This document shows, one piece after another, positions 47,809 through 58,189 of a DNA stretch of 64,000 nt (within the stretch, counting starts at the first letter, position 1; every line of letters starts with the position of its first letter). The notes beneath the pieces are model-generated. The model did not search any database. It was not told where the DNA came from and saw only the letters and a list, made by a program, of their open reading frames with translations. This DNA is from an uncultured SAR86 cluster bacterium (GTDB taxonomy: Bacteria > Pseudomonadota > Gammaproteobacteria > Magnimaribacterales > AG-339-G14). Made by a program: the position numbers and the translations under genes. The stretch is taken from positions 53,449 to 117,448 of the forward strand of contig CACJRI010000002.1 in the NCBI GenBank assembly GCA_902595715.1, given 5' to 3'.

Positions 47809-48609
47809 TTATTTTCTTAACTTGAAGATTGCTAGCTGATTAATACTCATACAACACTGCTTTGATTTTTCTTCAAATAAATTTACTTCCACTTCAATGA
47901 ACTCATGGCCTTTTTTTTCATAAAAGTCGATAACAGACATTTCTGCGATTAAGGTTGTCTCTAAAGATACAGTTTTATAATTTTGAGATTTTGTTTGAAG
48001 ATGAACCCAAGGATTCATAAATGCATTGCCAGCCAATATCCAATTAGCACATCCCAAAAGAAAGCTCAGATTTGCATGACCAGATTTACTTGGTTGCAAA
48101 ATTAAAGGTAATTTTTTTTCATCAGAAAGATAAATGAGGGGATTATCTCCACCCCAATGAAATTTAAATGCTTTGCAACCCTCTTTTTTGAGCTTCTCCC
48201 ATTCATCTAAAGATGCAACAGGAGCCTTGAAACCCTCTTGAATCAGAGGATCTCCTCTGAATTTTGGTCTAGAAGATATATTCTCTAAAATTTTTGATTC
48301 TGCATTTGCAACGATTTTTCCGTCTTGGTTCTTTAAAAATGTGTTTGTATGCCCTTCTCTAGAGCTTTCAGATATAACTTCAAAATTTTCTCCATCATAT
48401 AAAGGAGATGTAATTTTGCAGTTGGCATATCCTTTCTCAAGCCAACCCATGCCTGCGGATTCGATCACAGGATGGAGCAAATAAGCTGAAACTGTGACTC
48501 CAGGAACTAATCCGCCTTTAAAGCCATACTCTTTTGCCAGTTCATCGCTATGAATTTGATTTTCAGAATCCGGAGCAGTATTCAAAGCAGTTGCTTGCCA
48601 ATTATTCAT
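47809..48609 (-). CDS. MaoC-dehydratase-like (double hotdog?) protein
   Basis: The N-terminal NQIHSDELAKEYGFKGGLVPG resembles the MaoC IH.D...A...GF...I.HG motif. The rest is unrecognised. Confidence 0.55.
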   Translation of the reverse strand: MNNWQATALNTAPDSENQIHSDELAKEYGFKGGLVPGVTVSAYLLHPVIESAGMGWLEKGYANCKITSPLYDGENFEVISESSREGHTNTFLKNQDGKIVANAESKILENISSRPKFRGDPLIQEGFKAPVASLDEWEKLKKEGCKAFKFHWGGDNPLIYLSDEKKLPLILQPSKSGHANLSFLLGCANWILAGNAFMNPWVHLQTKSQNYKTVSLETTLIAEMSVIDFYEKKGHEFIEVEVNLFEEKSKQCCMSINQLAIFKLRK

Positions 48610-48618
48610 AAAACAAGA

Positions 48619-49452
48619 CTATACTTCAGCTTTCTTTTTTTGATAAGAAATCATTAAACCCAAAGCAATGGGAAAACTGCCTAGCAAGAACTCTCCAATA
48701 AATATTTGATTATAGTCTGTGCCGTGAGCATAAATAGCTATGAGATTGAAAATTCCTGCCCCAACATAAATAATGCCGGCAGAGAAAAACCATGCAGAGT
48801 TTAAAGTAATTACGCCAATGATAGAAAACAAAAAAGTTGCCACAAAAAACGAGGTAAAGTCTCTAAGCAAAGCATTTTGAGCGCTAGAATTAAGCTCATT
48901 AAAAATAAATCCAAAATCAGAGGCTGCGCTAATAGGCGTAAAAATCCAGTTTAAGACCAATCCTAAAATTAAATAAGCATAGATAATGCCTAAAGTTCTT
49001 ATAACAAAAGAAATCTTTCTGTCTCTAGAAATAAGAATGTTGAATAAATATCCTCCAGCAAAACCAGCAAGACAATGTAAGAATTTTCCCAGAATAGTCC
49101 TATTGCCTCCAAGAACTTCAGTTTGTGTCGTAAATTCAACCAATAAAAAAAGGGTTAAACCTGTGATAAAGGCACCTGCAATTGGATAAAGGTACTTTGT
49201 CTCTGGGACATACTTTTGAATGATACCAACTAAAGAAAATGCTATAGCGAATTCAATGATAATGATTCCATAAAGAAGAATTCCAAGTCTTTGAAAATCA
49301 AACAAGATGATTTCTAGGGAAGAAAAAAAATTTACAGGCAGATTCATTGAAGAAAGCCATATTATGTTTGCAAATGATGAAATCGGAGTGGTCAAAGCTA
49401 CGGTAAACAATGCCGCAACAAGAATTGCAAATGGGTATTTTGCTATTTTCAT
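48619..49452 (-). CDS. polytopic membrane protein of unknown function (~8 TM)
   Basis: Hydrophobic throughout. ATGA overlap with the stop of the upstream PQQ-type dehydrogenase gene. Confidence 0.6.
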   Translation of the reverse strand: MKIAKYPFAILVAALFTVALTTPISSFANIIWLSSMNLPVNFFSSLEIILFDFQRLGILLYGIIIIEFAIAFSLVGIIQKYVPETKYLYPIAGAFITGLTLFLLVEFTTQTEVLGGNRTILGKFLHCLAGFAGGYLFNILISRDRKISFVIRTLGIIYAYLILGLVLNWIFTPISAASDFGFIFNELNSSAQNALLRDFTSFFVATFLFSIIGVITLNSAWFFSAGIIYVGAGIFNLIAIYAHGTDYNQIFIGEFLLGSFPIALGLMISYQKKKAEV

Positions 49453-50516
49453 TCCTTAGTAGAAAGTACTTTCAATAATTTTCCCCTTCTTCCATCTGTC
49501 AAAAGATAAAGTTCGCCGCTTGGGGAGACTCCAATACTTCTCAAACGACTATTTAGACTAGAAAAAATGGATTCTTCAGAAAGAAGAGTATTTGTCTTTT
49601 TAATTTTTTTCACATCTCTGGATACTAAAGCGGTGATGAGAAAACTATCTTTAAGCTCAGGATATAAGTCTCCATCATAATAGATCATATCGGAAGGAGC
49701 TATAGATGGTACCCAATACTTTAAGGGTTGCTCCATGCCATCCATTTTTGTGAATGGGCTAATAACTGCGCCTGAATAATCTATGCCATAAGTAATTGCA
49801 GGCCAACCATAGTTTTTTCCTGGTTCAATTAAGTTAAATTCATCTCCTCCTCTAGGCCCATGCTCATGTTCAAAAATCCTTCCATCATCCATAACAACAA
49901 GTCCTTGCATATTTCTATGACCATAAGTAAATATTTCTGGAAGTATAGTTTTGTCACCGACGAAAGGATTATCAGAAGGTACTGATCCATCTTTATTAAT
50001 TCTAATTATTTTTCCAAAATGATTATCCAAACTTTGGGCTTTTTCTTTATGATCGAAACCATCGCCGCTGGTTAGAAGTAAAGTTCCGTCAGAGAGAAAA
50101 TCAATTTTTGCTCCCATATGAATTGGAACTCTTCTGAATGCTTTAGCTTCGAAAATAATTTTTTTGTTAATTAAAGCATTATTACTTAATTCAGCAGACA
50201 TCAAAAAAAGAGTGGATTTTCCTCTTTCGTTTAAAGCTGAATAAGTGAGATATAAAATATTATTCTTTTTGAAATTAGGATCTAGAACTATTTCGGATAA
50301 ACCGCCTTGGCTTGCATATTGGACTTTTGGAGCACCTTTGACCTCAACTATTTCTTCTGATGAAATTGTTATTATTTTTATTCTTCCTGGTTGCTCTGTA
50401 AAAATTATTTGATCTTCATTTAAAAAATCAAAACTCCATGCATCATCTAGGTCAGAAGCTACTGTTTTAAATTGGTAGTTTGCAAATATTAAATTTACAA
50501 AAAAGATTAAACTCAA
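49449..50516 (-). CDS. soluble PQQ-dependent aldose/sugar dehydrogenase (YliI/sGDH-like beta-propeller)
   Basis: Signal-like N-terminus. Motifs GLSEIVLDPNF, GHRNMQGLV, EHGPRGGDEFNLIEPGKNYGWP and PSIAPSDM. Confidence 0.85.
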   Translation of the reverse strand: MSLIFFVNLIFANYQFKTVASDLDDAWSFDFLNEDQIIFTEQPGRIKIITISSEEIVEVKGAPKVQYASQGGLSEIVLDPNFKKNNILYLTYSALNERGKSTLFLMSAELSNNALINKKIIFEAKAFRRVPIHMGAKIDFLSDGTLLLTSGDGFDHKEKAQSLDNHFGKIIRINKDGSVPSDNPFVGDKTILPEIFTYGHRNMQGLVVMDDGRIFEHEHGPRGGDEFNLIEPGKNYGWPAITYGIDYSGAVISPFTKMDGMEQPLKYWVPSIAPSDMIYYDGDLYPELKDSFLITALVSRDVKKIKKTNTLLSEESIFSSLNSRLRSIGVSPSGELYLLTDGRRGKLLKVLSTKE

Positions 50517-50639
50517 TAAATAAGATTTGATTTTATTTCCCCTTTAACAATAAATGGCAGTATAACTGTCAAAACTTTATAAGTCTTAATTTATTTGAAG
50601 TTATAATCATAAGTTTAATGACTATAATAATTACATTAA

Positions 50640-51860
50640 ATGAAATTTGAACATTCTAAAAAAACCAAAAATCTTATAAAGAAAGTTTCCGATTTTATGG
50701 AGGAGAATGTTTATCCAGCAGAGGAAATATATGCTTCGGAAATGAAGACTTTTCGCACAGCTGGTAATCCCTGGCAAGTCCCAAAAGTAATAAATGAGTT
50801 AAAGCGGAAAGCAAAAGCTCAAGGCTTATGGAATTTCTTCTTGCCCGAAAGTAATAACGGTTTCGGCTTAACTAATCTCGAGTATGCTCCTCTTGCTGAG
50901 CTGATGGGAAAAGTAAGCTTTGCTTCAGAGATATTTAATTGTTCCGCTCCAGATACTGGAAATATGGAGGTTTTGGACAAATTTGGATCGGATTATCAAA
51001 AAGATAAGTGGTTGCAACCTCTCCTAGATGGCGAAATCAGATCAGCCTTTGCGATGACAGAACCGAATGTAGCATCCTCTGATGCGACTAATATTGAAAG
51101 TAAAATTGAAAAGGATGGGGATGAATATGTTATCAATGGTGAAAAATGGTGGACTTCAGGATATGGCAGACCCGACTGTAAGATAATGATTTTTATGGGC
51201 GTAACAAACTCAGAGAATCCAAAACATCAAAGACAATCTCAGATACTCGTGCCTACAGACGCCAAAGGTATTGAAAATCTTAGGATGTTAACTGTTTATG
51301 GAGCAGATCATGCGCCCAATGGACACGCTCATCTTAAATTTACCAATGTGAGAGTTCCCAAAGAGAACTTAATTTTAGGAGAAGGTAGAGGTTTTGAGAT
51401 AGCTCAAGGAAGACTCGGCCCAGGTAGAATTCATCACTGTATGCGAATCATAGGAGTCGCTGAGAGAGCTTTGGACTTGCTATGCAAACGTTCATTAAAT
51501 AGAAAAGCCTTTGGAAAACCTTTGGCTGAACTAGGAGGCAATTATGATGTAATCGCTGACTGCAGGATAGAAATTGAAATGTGTCGGTTAATGACTTTAA
51601 AGGCAGCTCATATGATGGATACCGCTGGGAATAAAATTGCTAAAAGTGAAATTGCCCAGATTAAAGTCGCCATTCCTTTAATGGCAACTAGAGTCATTGA
51701 TAAAGCCATTCAAATTCATGGCGGTGCAGGAGTTTCACAGGATACGCCTCTGGCAAGCTTATATGCTTCTGTTAGATATTTGAGAATTGGTGATGGTCCC
51801 GATGAAGTTCATCGACGCACAGTTGCAAGATATGAACTAGGAAAACACGAATCTTTATAA
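50640..51860 (+). CDS. acyl-CoA dehydrogenase (ACAD10/11-like subfamily)
   Basis: N-terminal ...VYPAEE.Y.........NPWQ.P....LK.KAK..GLWN.FLPE, then [19 protein letters not shown] and [12 protein letters not shown] motifs. Confidence 0.9.
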   Translation: MKFEHSKKTKNLIKKVSDFMEENVYPAEEIYASEMKTFRTAGNPWQVPKVINELKRKAKAQGLWNFFLPESNNGFGLTNLEYAPLAELMGKVSFASEIFNCSAPDTGNMEVLDKFGSDYQKDKWLQPLLDGEIRSAFAMTEPNVASSDATNIESKIEKDGDEYVINGEKWWTSGYGRPDCKIMIFMGVTNSENPKHQRQSQILVPTDAKGIENLRMLTVYGADHAPNGHAHLKFTNVRVPKENLILGEGRGFEIAQGRLGPGRIHHCMRIIGVAERALDLLCKRSLNRKAFGKPLAELGGNYDVIADCRIEIEMCRLMTLKAAHMMDTAGNKIAKSEIAQIKVAIPLMATRVIDKAIQIHGGAGVSQDTPLASLYASVRYLRIGDGPDEVHRRTVARYELGKHESL

Positions 51861-51877
51861 AGTATATAATAGTAATA

Positions 51878-52405
51878 ATGTTGGCTTTTAAAGAACAAAA
51901 CTGCGAACTTACTCTGGCTGAAGGTCTAGAGATTTATCTGAGTTATTTAAAAGAAAATAACAAAAAAATTGGTACGGACGGTTCGGATGATGATTATAAG
52001 ATTTGGCAATGTCACGATTGCACTCATGTCATTTTTGGTAATGGTGCTACTTTTGAAGAAGAATCCATAAATGATCTGCATGGACTTATTTTGTGTTCCT
52101 ATAAATGGAAAGATTATCTAGCTTATTTTGAAGATCCTTTTTTAAAAAATCACATGAAATATTTATGGAAAGAAGTAGGTTTCAAAAAAACAGTGATTTC
52201 CATGTTTTATGCTTATAAATCTCTTTTTGGTATTTTAAAAATGAGATTCAGAATGAAGAAAAAATGGCCTCTTAAAGTTCCAGAATCCTACTTGTCGAGG
52301 AAAATTTGCGATTTAAGAGAGGAATACGGAATACAAATACTTTCTGAAAAACAAAGACCTAAAAATTTTATTGAATGGTCCGGATCAATCAAAAACCCTA
52401 GGTGA
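51878..52405 (+). CDS. hypothetical protein with HDxxH-x11-E motif, paralog 1 (175 aa)
   Basis: QCHDCTHVIFGNGATFEEE fits the Coq4-family putative zinc motif HDxxH-(x)11-E. It is clearly paralogous to the 53957-54487 product. It starts 17 nt after the ACAD stop. Confidence 0.6.
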   Translation: MLAFKEQNCELTLAEGLEIYLSYLKENNKKIGTDGSDDDYKIWQCHDCTHVIFGNGATFEEESINDLHGLILCSYKWKDYLAYFEDPFLKNHMKYLWKEVGFKKTVISMFYAYKSLFGILKMRFRMKKKWPLKVPESYLSRKICDLREEYGIQILSEKQRPKNFIEWSGSIKNPR

Positions 52406-53193
52406 TGTTTCCTTCAAATATCTGGCTTTACATTCTTATTTTTGTAATTGTCGGTGTGATTTTGAGCTTTCCTTTTAAATCAAAATTTCAAAAAAACTTT
52501 TTTCTAGCAAATGGTAAGGTTGTTGATTTACCAATGATGTTAAGCTTTTTGATGATTTGGGGAAGTATATATTTAGGCTTTCAAGCAGAGACTGATAGCT
52601 GGAAAGATTACAGACAAGGTATTTTTAATGCAGCAGGTTTAGAAGGTGATAATCACCCTGCTGGGATAATTTTAAGTAAGTCAAATTCTAAATCAGAATT
52701 AATAGATAATTTATTTGAAGAGCAATCGTACTATAAAGCTTATGAAGGATATACGTTAGAAAAATGGAAAGAAAATGGTTGTGTTTATCCAAAATTAAAT
52801 GGGGGCTGCGATGATCGTGCAAAAAAAATATATAAAGAAATTGAAATAATAGTCTCTGATTTATTCCCTAGAAAAGCTGAGTTTTTTGAGACACAGACGC
52901 ATTATTTCAATCTAGCTGAATATAAAAATCCCAATGCAATGTATTTTCAATACTTTTTTATTTTTGTATTTTTAATAATTTTGTTGATACATATTCAAGG
53001 ATCAAATCTAATCTGGGGAATAATTCAAACAATTTTTCGAGTGCCGATTATGGGTCCCCTTGCAGGAGCTTTAATTATTTTCAACTTGTTTTCTTCTGCA
53101 AAAAGTGCAGAGAACGCCATCGAAACTAAGAAAAAAGGTAAAGCAATTTCTGAAGGTATAAAGAAATCAAAAAGAGAAAAATATGATATCTGA
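52402..53193 (+). CDS. hypothetical membrane protein (263 aa, 2+2 TM with ~110-aa central loop)
   Basis: GTGATG start overlapping the upstream stop. Hydrophobic helices at both ends and a Lys-rich C-terminus. No recognised motif. Confidence 0.55.
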   Translation: MMFPSNIWLYILIFVIVGVILSFPFKSKFQKNFFLANGKVVDLPMMLSFLMIWGSIYLGFQAETDSWKDYRQGIFNAAGLEGDNHPAGIILSKSNSKSELIDNLFEEQSYYKAYEGYTLEKWKENGCVYPKLNGGCDDRAKKIYKEIEIIVSDLFPRKAEFFETQTHYFNLAEYKNPNAMYFQYFFIFVFLIILLIHIQGSNLIWGIIQTIFRVPIMGPLAGALIIFNLFSSAKSAENAIETKKKGKAISEGIKKSKREKYDI

Positions 53194-53644
53194 AAAAGAA
53201 AATAATGATTTTAGCGATAAAGGTACTTTTCTTTGTGCATTTTTAGCTTTGACACTTGGACCTTTAGGAGTTCATAAGTTTTATGTTGGCAGGATAAAGT
53301 CTGGGTTCCTTCATATTCTCGCTTCTTTTTTTATTATCGGCATTCCATTAGCAATGTTTGATCTATATCAAATCTTTAAAGGAAATTTTATTGACGTCAA
53401 TGGCAAAAAACTTAAACCAGGGAGCAATCTGACTAAAGGCATGACTTACGAAGAAAGAGTAGAAGCAAATAAAGAGTGGGTAGACAGCACCCCCGTGATG
53501 AAATCGATTAAGGAATTTGAGAAATGGATTAAGGAATTTGATGAAAAGTATGGACTTTCATCAAAAGAAAAAGAATTGCTCAAAAAAGGAGATGTCAAAG
53601 GAGCCTTTGAGGAAGCTCAGAAGAGAATGGATGAAAGCCAATAA
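53183..53644 (+). CDS. TM2-domain membrane protein with charged C-terminal helical region
   Basis: FLCAFLALTLGPLGVHKFYVGRIKSGFLHILASFFIIGIP matches the TM2 (PF05154-type) G..G.H.FY.G pattern. 11-nt overlap with the upstream gene. Confidence 0.7.
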   Translation: MISEKENNDFSDKGTFLCAFLALTLGPLGVHKFYVGRIKSGFLHILASFFIIGIPLAMFDLYQIFKGNFIDVNGKKLKPGSNLTKGMTYEERVEANKEWVDSTPVMKSIKEFEKWIKEFDEKYGLSSKEKELLKKGDVKGAFEEAQKRMDESQ

Positions 53645-53949
53645 TGTATTTGTGCAAAGCTGACTCAACTGTTTACTTTCTTAATCAAAATGGATCCGAT
53701 AAATGGGTTAATCCTCTAGATATAGGAAATGAACGTGAGCTTTACCCTTTAGATTTCATTCCAAATACTCTTTCGATAGTTCCATTATACAAAACCGACT
53801 TTCTTTCATGGGGAGATGAGAAATTCTATGCAGATAATCGCGGTGGAATTCATATTTTTATCTCGCTTTCAGAAAAAAAAGTGGATCACCCTGACATGTT
53901 TGCGATTTATGCGGATGACTTAGTTTATAAAGATAACGCTAATTTATAA
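53644..53949 (+). CDS. hypothetical soluble protein (101 aa)
   Basis: TAATG start/stop junction with the TM2 gene. No recognised motif. Confidence 0.5.
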   Translation: MYLCKADSTVYFLNQNGSDKWVNPLDIGNERELYPLDFIPNTLSIVPLYKTDFLSWGDEKFYADNRGGIHIFISLSEKKVDHPDMFAIYADDLVYKDNANL

Positions 53950-53956
53950 TTATTAG

Positions 53957-54487
53957 ATGCTCATTTATCAACAAGAGACTTGCGAACTGACCTTAAAAGA
54001 AGGAATTGAAGAATATCGAAGTTATTTAAGAGAAAATAATCGCCACGTATTAGGTGAAAATTGCTCAGAAGACGAAAAATTTAATATCTTATGTCATGAT
54101 GCAACTCATGTGATTTTTGGTTTGGATACTTCTTTGGAGGAAGAAGCCATGCTGGACTGCTGGATATTTTTTGGTGGCGATTACTTTAAAGTTTCGATGG
54201 AATATTTTAAAGGCTCCTTAGATATAAAAGAAACAAATGAAAAAGTTTTTGATCTTCTTAAGGAAGTTGGATATTTGAAATACACTTATCTGTACTTAAG
54301 AGTGGTATTCCGAAAATGGCCCAAGATTTTTTTTAGAACCAGAAAGATGAAAAAATGGTCTTACTTTTTTCCTTCAGACTTTCTTGAAAAGAAAATCTCA
54401 GACCTCAGAAAAGACTTCAATATAAGGATACTTTCTCCTGAAGAAAGAAAAATGAAGAAAGTCATTTGGCAAAGAGCTATTTCTTAA
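53957..54487 (+). CDS. hypothetical protein with HDxxH-x11-E motif, paralog 2 (176 aa)
   Basis: LCHDATHVIFGLDTSLEEE carries the same motif. It shares CELTL.EG.E.Y.SYL.ENN, LKEVG, KKW and I.DLR....I.ILS.E.R blocks with the 51878-52405 product. Confidence 0.6.
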   Translation: MLIYQQETCELTLKEGIEEYRSYLRENNRHVLGENCSEDEKFNILCHDATHVIFGLDTSLEEEAMLDCWIFFGGDYFKVSMEYFKGSLDIKETNEKVFDLLKEVGYLKYTYLYLRVVFRKWPKIFFRTRKMKKWSYFFPSDFLEKKISDLRKDFNIRILSPEERKMKKVIWQRAIS

Positions 54488-54499
54488 TTTATTGAAACT

Positions 54500-54576
<77 letters not shown>

Positions 54577-54603
54577 TAAAAGTTAATATCATTCTGAATG
54601 AGT

Positions 54604-56382
54604 TTATTCGTCTAGGAAAGTTTTAAGATGTCCTGATCTTGATGGATGCCTAAGCTTACGAAGTGCTTTTGCTTCAATCTGTCTAATTCTCTCTCGGGTG
54701 ACATCAAATTGTTTGCCAACTTCTTCCAAAGTGTGGTCGGTATTCATACCGATTCCAAATCTCATTCTCAATACTTTTGCCTCTCTAGCGGTTAAGCTTG
54801 ATAAGACACCATCGGTTGCATCATGCAAATTATTTTCCGTAGCCGCATCAATTGGAGAATCTTGTAAAGGGTCTTCAATGAAATCGCCTAAAGTAGTATC
54901 GTCTTCATCCCCTATTGGAGTTTCAGTAGAAATGGGCTCTTTGGCAATTTTTAAAACTTTTCTAATTTTTTCTTCTGGCATATCCATTTTTTCAGAGAGT
55001 TCTTCTGGTGTTGGCTCCTTACCGTGTTCTTGAAGCATTTGACGAGAAATTCTGTTTAGTTTGTTGATAGTTTCAATCATATGCACTGGAATACGAATGG
55101 TTCTTGCTTGATCGGCAATCGATCTAGTAATCGCCTGTCTAATCCACCAAGTAGCATAGGTTGAAAACTTATATCCTCTTCTGTATTCAAATTTGTCAAC
55201 CGCCTTCATTAAACCAATATTTCCTTCTTGAATAAGATCCAAGAATTGGAGTCCTCGGTTGGTGTACTTCTTTGCAATAGAGATAACTAATCTTAGATTG
55301 GCTTCAATCATATCTTTCTTAGCTCTTCGAATTTTGGTTTCTCCTTTTGCCATTTTAGAAGTTATATCTTTGAGCTCTGTAACTGTCATACCAACGTTGT
55401 TAGTAAGATTGATAATTCTTTTTTGGATTTTATTTACATTTGGTTTCGCATCTTTAAGGAGCTTTGCATAGTTTTTCTTTGAGCGAATGGTGCCATCAAG
55501 AAACTTAAGGTTTGTTTGATTATCTCTAAAGATTTCTAAGAAGTCTTTTCTTGGCATGTTGCAATCTTGTGTGCAAATATCATAGATTTCTCTTTCAGAG
55601 TCTCTAATTGCTTTTGCTAAAGCCCTAGCTGTAAGAGATATAGTTTCGAATCTTTTTGGCGATAATTTAAGAAACTTAAAAAGCTCTCCTAATTTATCAA
55701 GATCTTTTTGAGCTTTATCGTTATTTCTACCCGAAGAATCAATGGTTTTCTGTGACTTGTTGTATTGTCTTTTAATAGAAGAGAATCTTTTAGCAAGTTC
55801 TTCCATATTTATACCCACATCTTCTTCTTCATCTTCTTGAGCAGAAACTTCTTCAGTTGAAGGCGGCAGATCTTCTTCTTCATCCATAAAACCCACTACT
55901 AAATCTGTAATTCTTTTATCTTCTTTTTTGATAAGTTCATATTCCAACAATACATCTTCAATGATTCCTGGATAGAAAGCACAAGCATGAAGTAAATCTC
56001 TCGCTCCTTCTTCGATACGTTTTGCAATTGCAATCTCACCTTCTCTAGTTAGAAGGTCTACAGAGCCCATTTCTCTCATGTAGAGCCTTACTGGGTCAGT
56101 AGTTCTGCCAACTTCAGACTCAATGGTGCCCATTTCGTTTTCAGTTGGTGTTTCAGGAGTATCTTGATTGGCAGGGGTAAAATTAGAACCTTCTTCTGGA
56201 GCCTCTTCTAAAACTTGGAGGCCTAAATCATTTATTATCTGAATTACCTCATCAAGCTGATCAGGATCAGAAACTTCATCGGGTAAGTAATCGTTTATGT
56301 CAGCAAAGGTGATGTATCCCTGTTCTCTACCTTTTTCGATGAGCTCTCTCAGCCCACTATTCTCTAAATCGTCGTCAATCAT
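54604..56382 (-). CDS. rpoD: RNA polymerase sigma factor RpoD (sigma-70)
   Basis: Regions 1.1-4.2 are recognisable: [101 protein letters not shown]. Confidence 0.97.
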   Translation of the reverse strand: MIDDDLENSGLRELIEKGREQGYITFADINDYLPDEVSDPDQLDEVIQIINDLGLQVLEEAPEEGSNFTPANQDTPETPTENEMGTIESEVGRTTDPVRLYMREMGSVDLLTREGEIAIAKRIEEGARDLLHACAFYPGIIEDVLLEYELIKKEDKRITDLVVGFMDEEEDLPPSTEEVSAQEDEEEDVGINMEELAKRFSSIKRQYNKSQKTIDSSGRNNDKAQKDLDKLGELFKFLKLSPKRFETISLTARALAKAIRDSEREIYDICTQDCNMPRKDFLEIFRDNQTNLKFLDGTIRSKKNYAKLLKDAKPNVNKIQKRIINLTNNVGMTVTELKDITSKMAKGETKIRRAKKDMIEANLRLVISIAKKYTNRGLQFLDLIQEGNIGLMKAVDKFEYRRGYKFSTYATWWIRQAITRSIADQARTIRIPVHMIETINKLNRISRQMLQEHGKEPTPEELSEKMDMPEEKIRKVLKIAKEPISTETPIGDEDDTTLGDFIEDPLQDSPIDAATENNLHDATDGVLSSLTAREAKVLRMRFGIGMNTDHTLEEVGKQFDVTRERIRQIEAKALRKLRHPSRSGHLKTFLDE

Positions 56383-56440
56383 ATTTTGGGTTGTTGATTA
56401 TATATAAGTTTGAAACTCTTAACTATTAAATTTTTATCAA

Positions 56441-58189
56441 TTAGAGTTTTTTAAATAAAGATAGTTCGTCCTCAGTAAGTTGTTCAAATTTAGAAGTAAG
56501 TAGTTTTTTCAGCTCTATTTTTTCTTTGGAATCCAGCTCATTTTTTTCATGCTTTACCTTCAATTTTTGCAAGAGATTATCTCCTTGATTTCTTTCAATA
56601 TAGTCAACTGCCTGTTTTATGAACTTCAAACCCTCATCAGGACTAATTAGGTTTTGATCGTTTGAAAGATCAATTAGGATGTTTTTTTGATCGGGAAACT
56701 CTTGAATAATCATAGGAAAAGATACTTCAGATTTAGCTCTTAAAAAAGAAATTAAGGGACTAATTAAGAATTCATTATTATCTATAAAATAATCTAGGTA
56801 TTCAGATTTAGCTAAATCCGGATTATGAATAATGCATTTGAGTAAGCTCTTAGTTACCTTGCTCAAATCCATTTGCAAGTCTTCTGATTGAGAGTGTGTT
56901 TTAACTTCTGGTTTTGTTGGAGAAATCTCACTCAGATCGATATCCATTTTTTTTGAAAACTCATTGATCAAAATACTTTTAAAATTACCTTCCTGCATGG
57001 GCTTCACTAAAGAAACAAACTCTTTGGATGCTGCAGCTTTTCCCTCTAAAGAACTGTCATACTTTTCTAGAATACTTTCAAATAAATAATCTGAAAGATT
57101 TTTGCCATCATTTATTAGCTTAGATAATTCATCTTTTCCTTTTTCTAGCAACAGACTTGCTGGATCGTGATTATCTGGAAGGAATAGAAACTTAACTCTT
57201 TTGCCATCTTTCACAACCGGAATAGCTATTTCGAGTGCTAATTTTGAAGCATTTCTTCCCGCCTCATCTCCATCAAAGCAAAAAATAACTTCATCTGTCT
57301 TTTTAAATAGGGTTTCTAAATGAAATTTATTGGTAGCAATTCCCAATGTTGCAACGGAAATGGGTAAGTCGAAGCTAAAACAAGCCAAGACATCCATATA
57401 ACCTTCCACCACCAAAATCTGTTGTGGCCTAGAGTTTCTTACTAAAACATTTGGAAGTCCATAAAGCTCCCTGCTTTTTTTGAATACTTCAGATTCTGGG
57501 GTATTAAGATATTTAGGCTGATCTGCGTCATCTAAAACCCTTCCGCCAAATCCAACAATCTTATTTTTTCTGGAAGCAATAGGAAAAATTAATCTATTTC
57601 TGAAGACATCATACTTTCTTTCATTTTTTGCGATTTTAAAAAGTTTCGAGGATTCCTTAGCGTCAATCTTTTTTGATTCAAAATGTTTAACGAGATTATC
57701 CCAGCCTTCTAAACTTAACCCCAATTCAAACTCCTTTGAAATTTCTTCTGAAATTCCTCTTTCTTTCAAATAAGATCTAATTTGTTCTCCTTCCTTAGGT
57801 TTTAAAAGATTATTTTTGTAGAAGTTTTTAGCTTCCTCATTAAAACGAAATAATTCATCAAATTTTTCCCTGTCATAATTTGATTTTGTCCTTGGAATTT
57901 CCAAGCCGAGGTTTTTTGCTAAAATTTCTACAGCTCCAACAAAATCTTTTGACTGATAATTCATTAAAAAACCAATTGCATTGCCTGAAGCTCTACATTT
58001 AAAACAATAGTAAAATTGTTTTTGATCACTAACGCTAAATGATGGGTTGCTGCCATCGTCACAAAAAGGACATTGTGCCCAATGGTCTTTGCCCTTTCTT
58101 TTTAAAGGAACATAAGAATCAACCAAAGAGACAATATCTGAGTCTTCGAGAACCTTTTGGATAAAATCTTCTGGAATGAAATCAGACAT
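56441..58189 (-). CDS. dnaG: DNA primase
   Basis: Zinc ribbon CPFCDDGSNPSFSVS...YYCFKCRASGN, RNRLIFPI, the TOPRIM motif VVEGYMDV, and DGDEAG. Confidence 0.95.
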   Translation of the reverse strand: MSDFIPEDFIQKVLEDSDIVSLVDSYVPLKRKGKDHWAQCPFCDDGSNPSFSVSDQKQFYYCFKCRASGNAIGFLMNYQSKDFVGAVEILAKNLGLEIPRTKSNYDREKFDELFRFNEEAKNFYKNNLLKPKEGEQIRSYLKERGISEEISKEFELGLSLEGWDNLVKHFESKKIDAKESSKLFKIAKNERKYDVFRNRLIFPIASRKNKIVGFGGRVLDDADQPKYLNTPESEVFKKSRELYGLPNVLVRNSRPQQILVVEGYMDVLACFSFDLPISVATLGIATNKFHLETLFKKTDEVIFCFDGDEAGRNASKLALEIAIPVVKDGKRVKFLFLPDNHDPASLLLEKGKDELSKLINDGKNLSDYLFESILEKYDSSLEGKAAASKEFVSLVKPMQEGNFKSILINEFSKKMDIDLSEISPTKPEVKTHSQSEDLQMDLSKVTKSLLKCIIHNPDLAKSEYLDYFIDNNEFLISPLISFLRAKSEVSFPMIIQEFPDQKNILIDLSNDQNLISPDEGLKFIKQAVDYIERNQGDNLLQKLKVKHEKNELDSKEKIELKKLLTSKFEQLTEDELSLFKKL

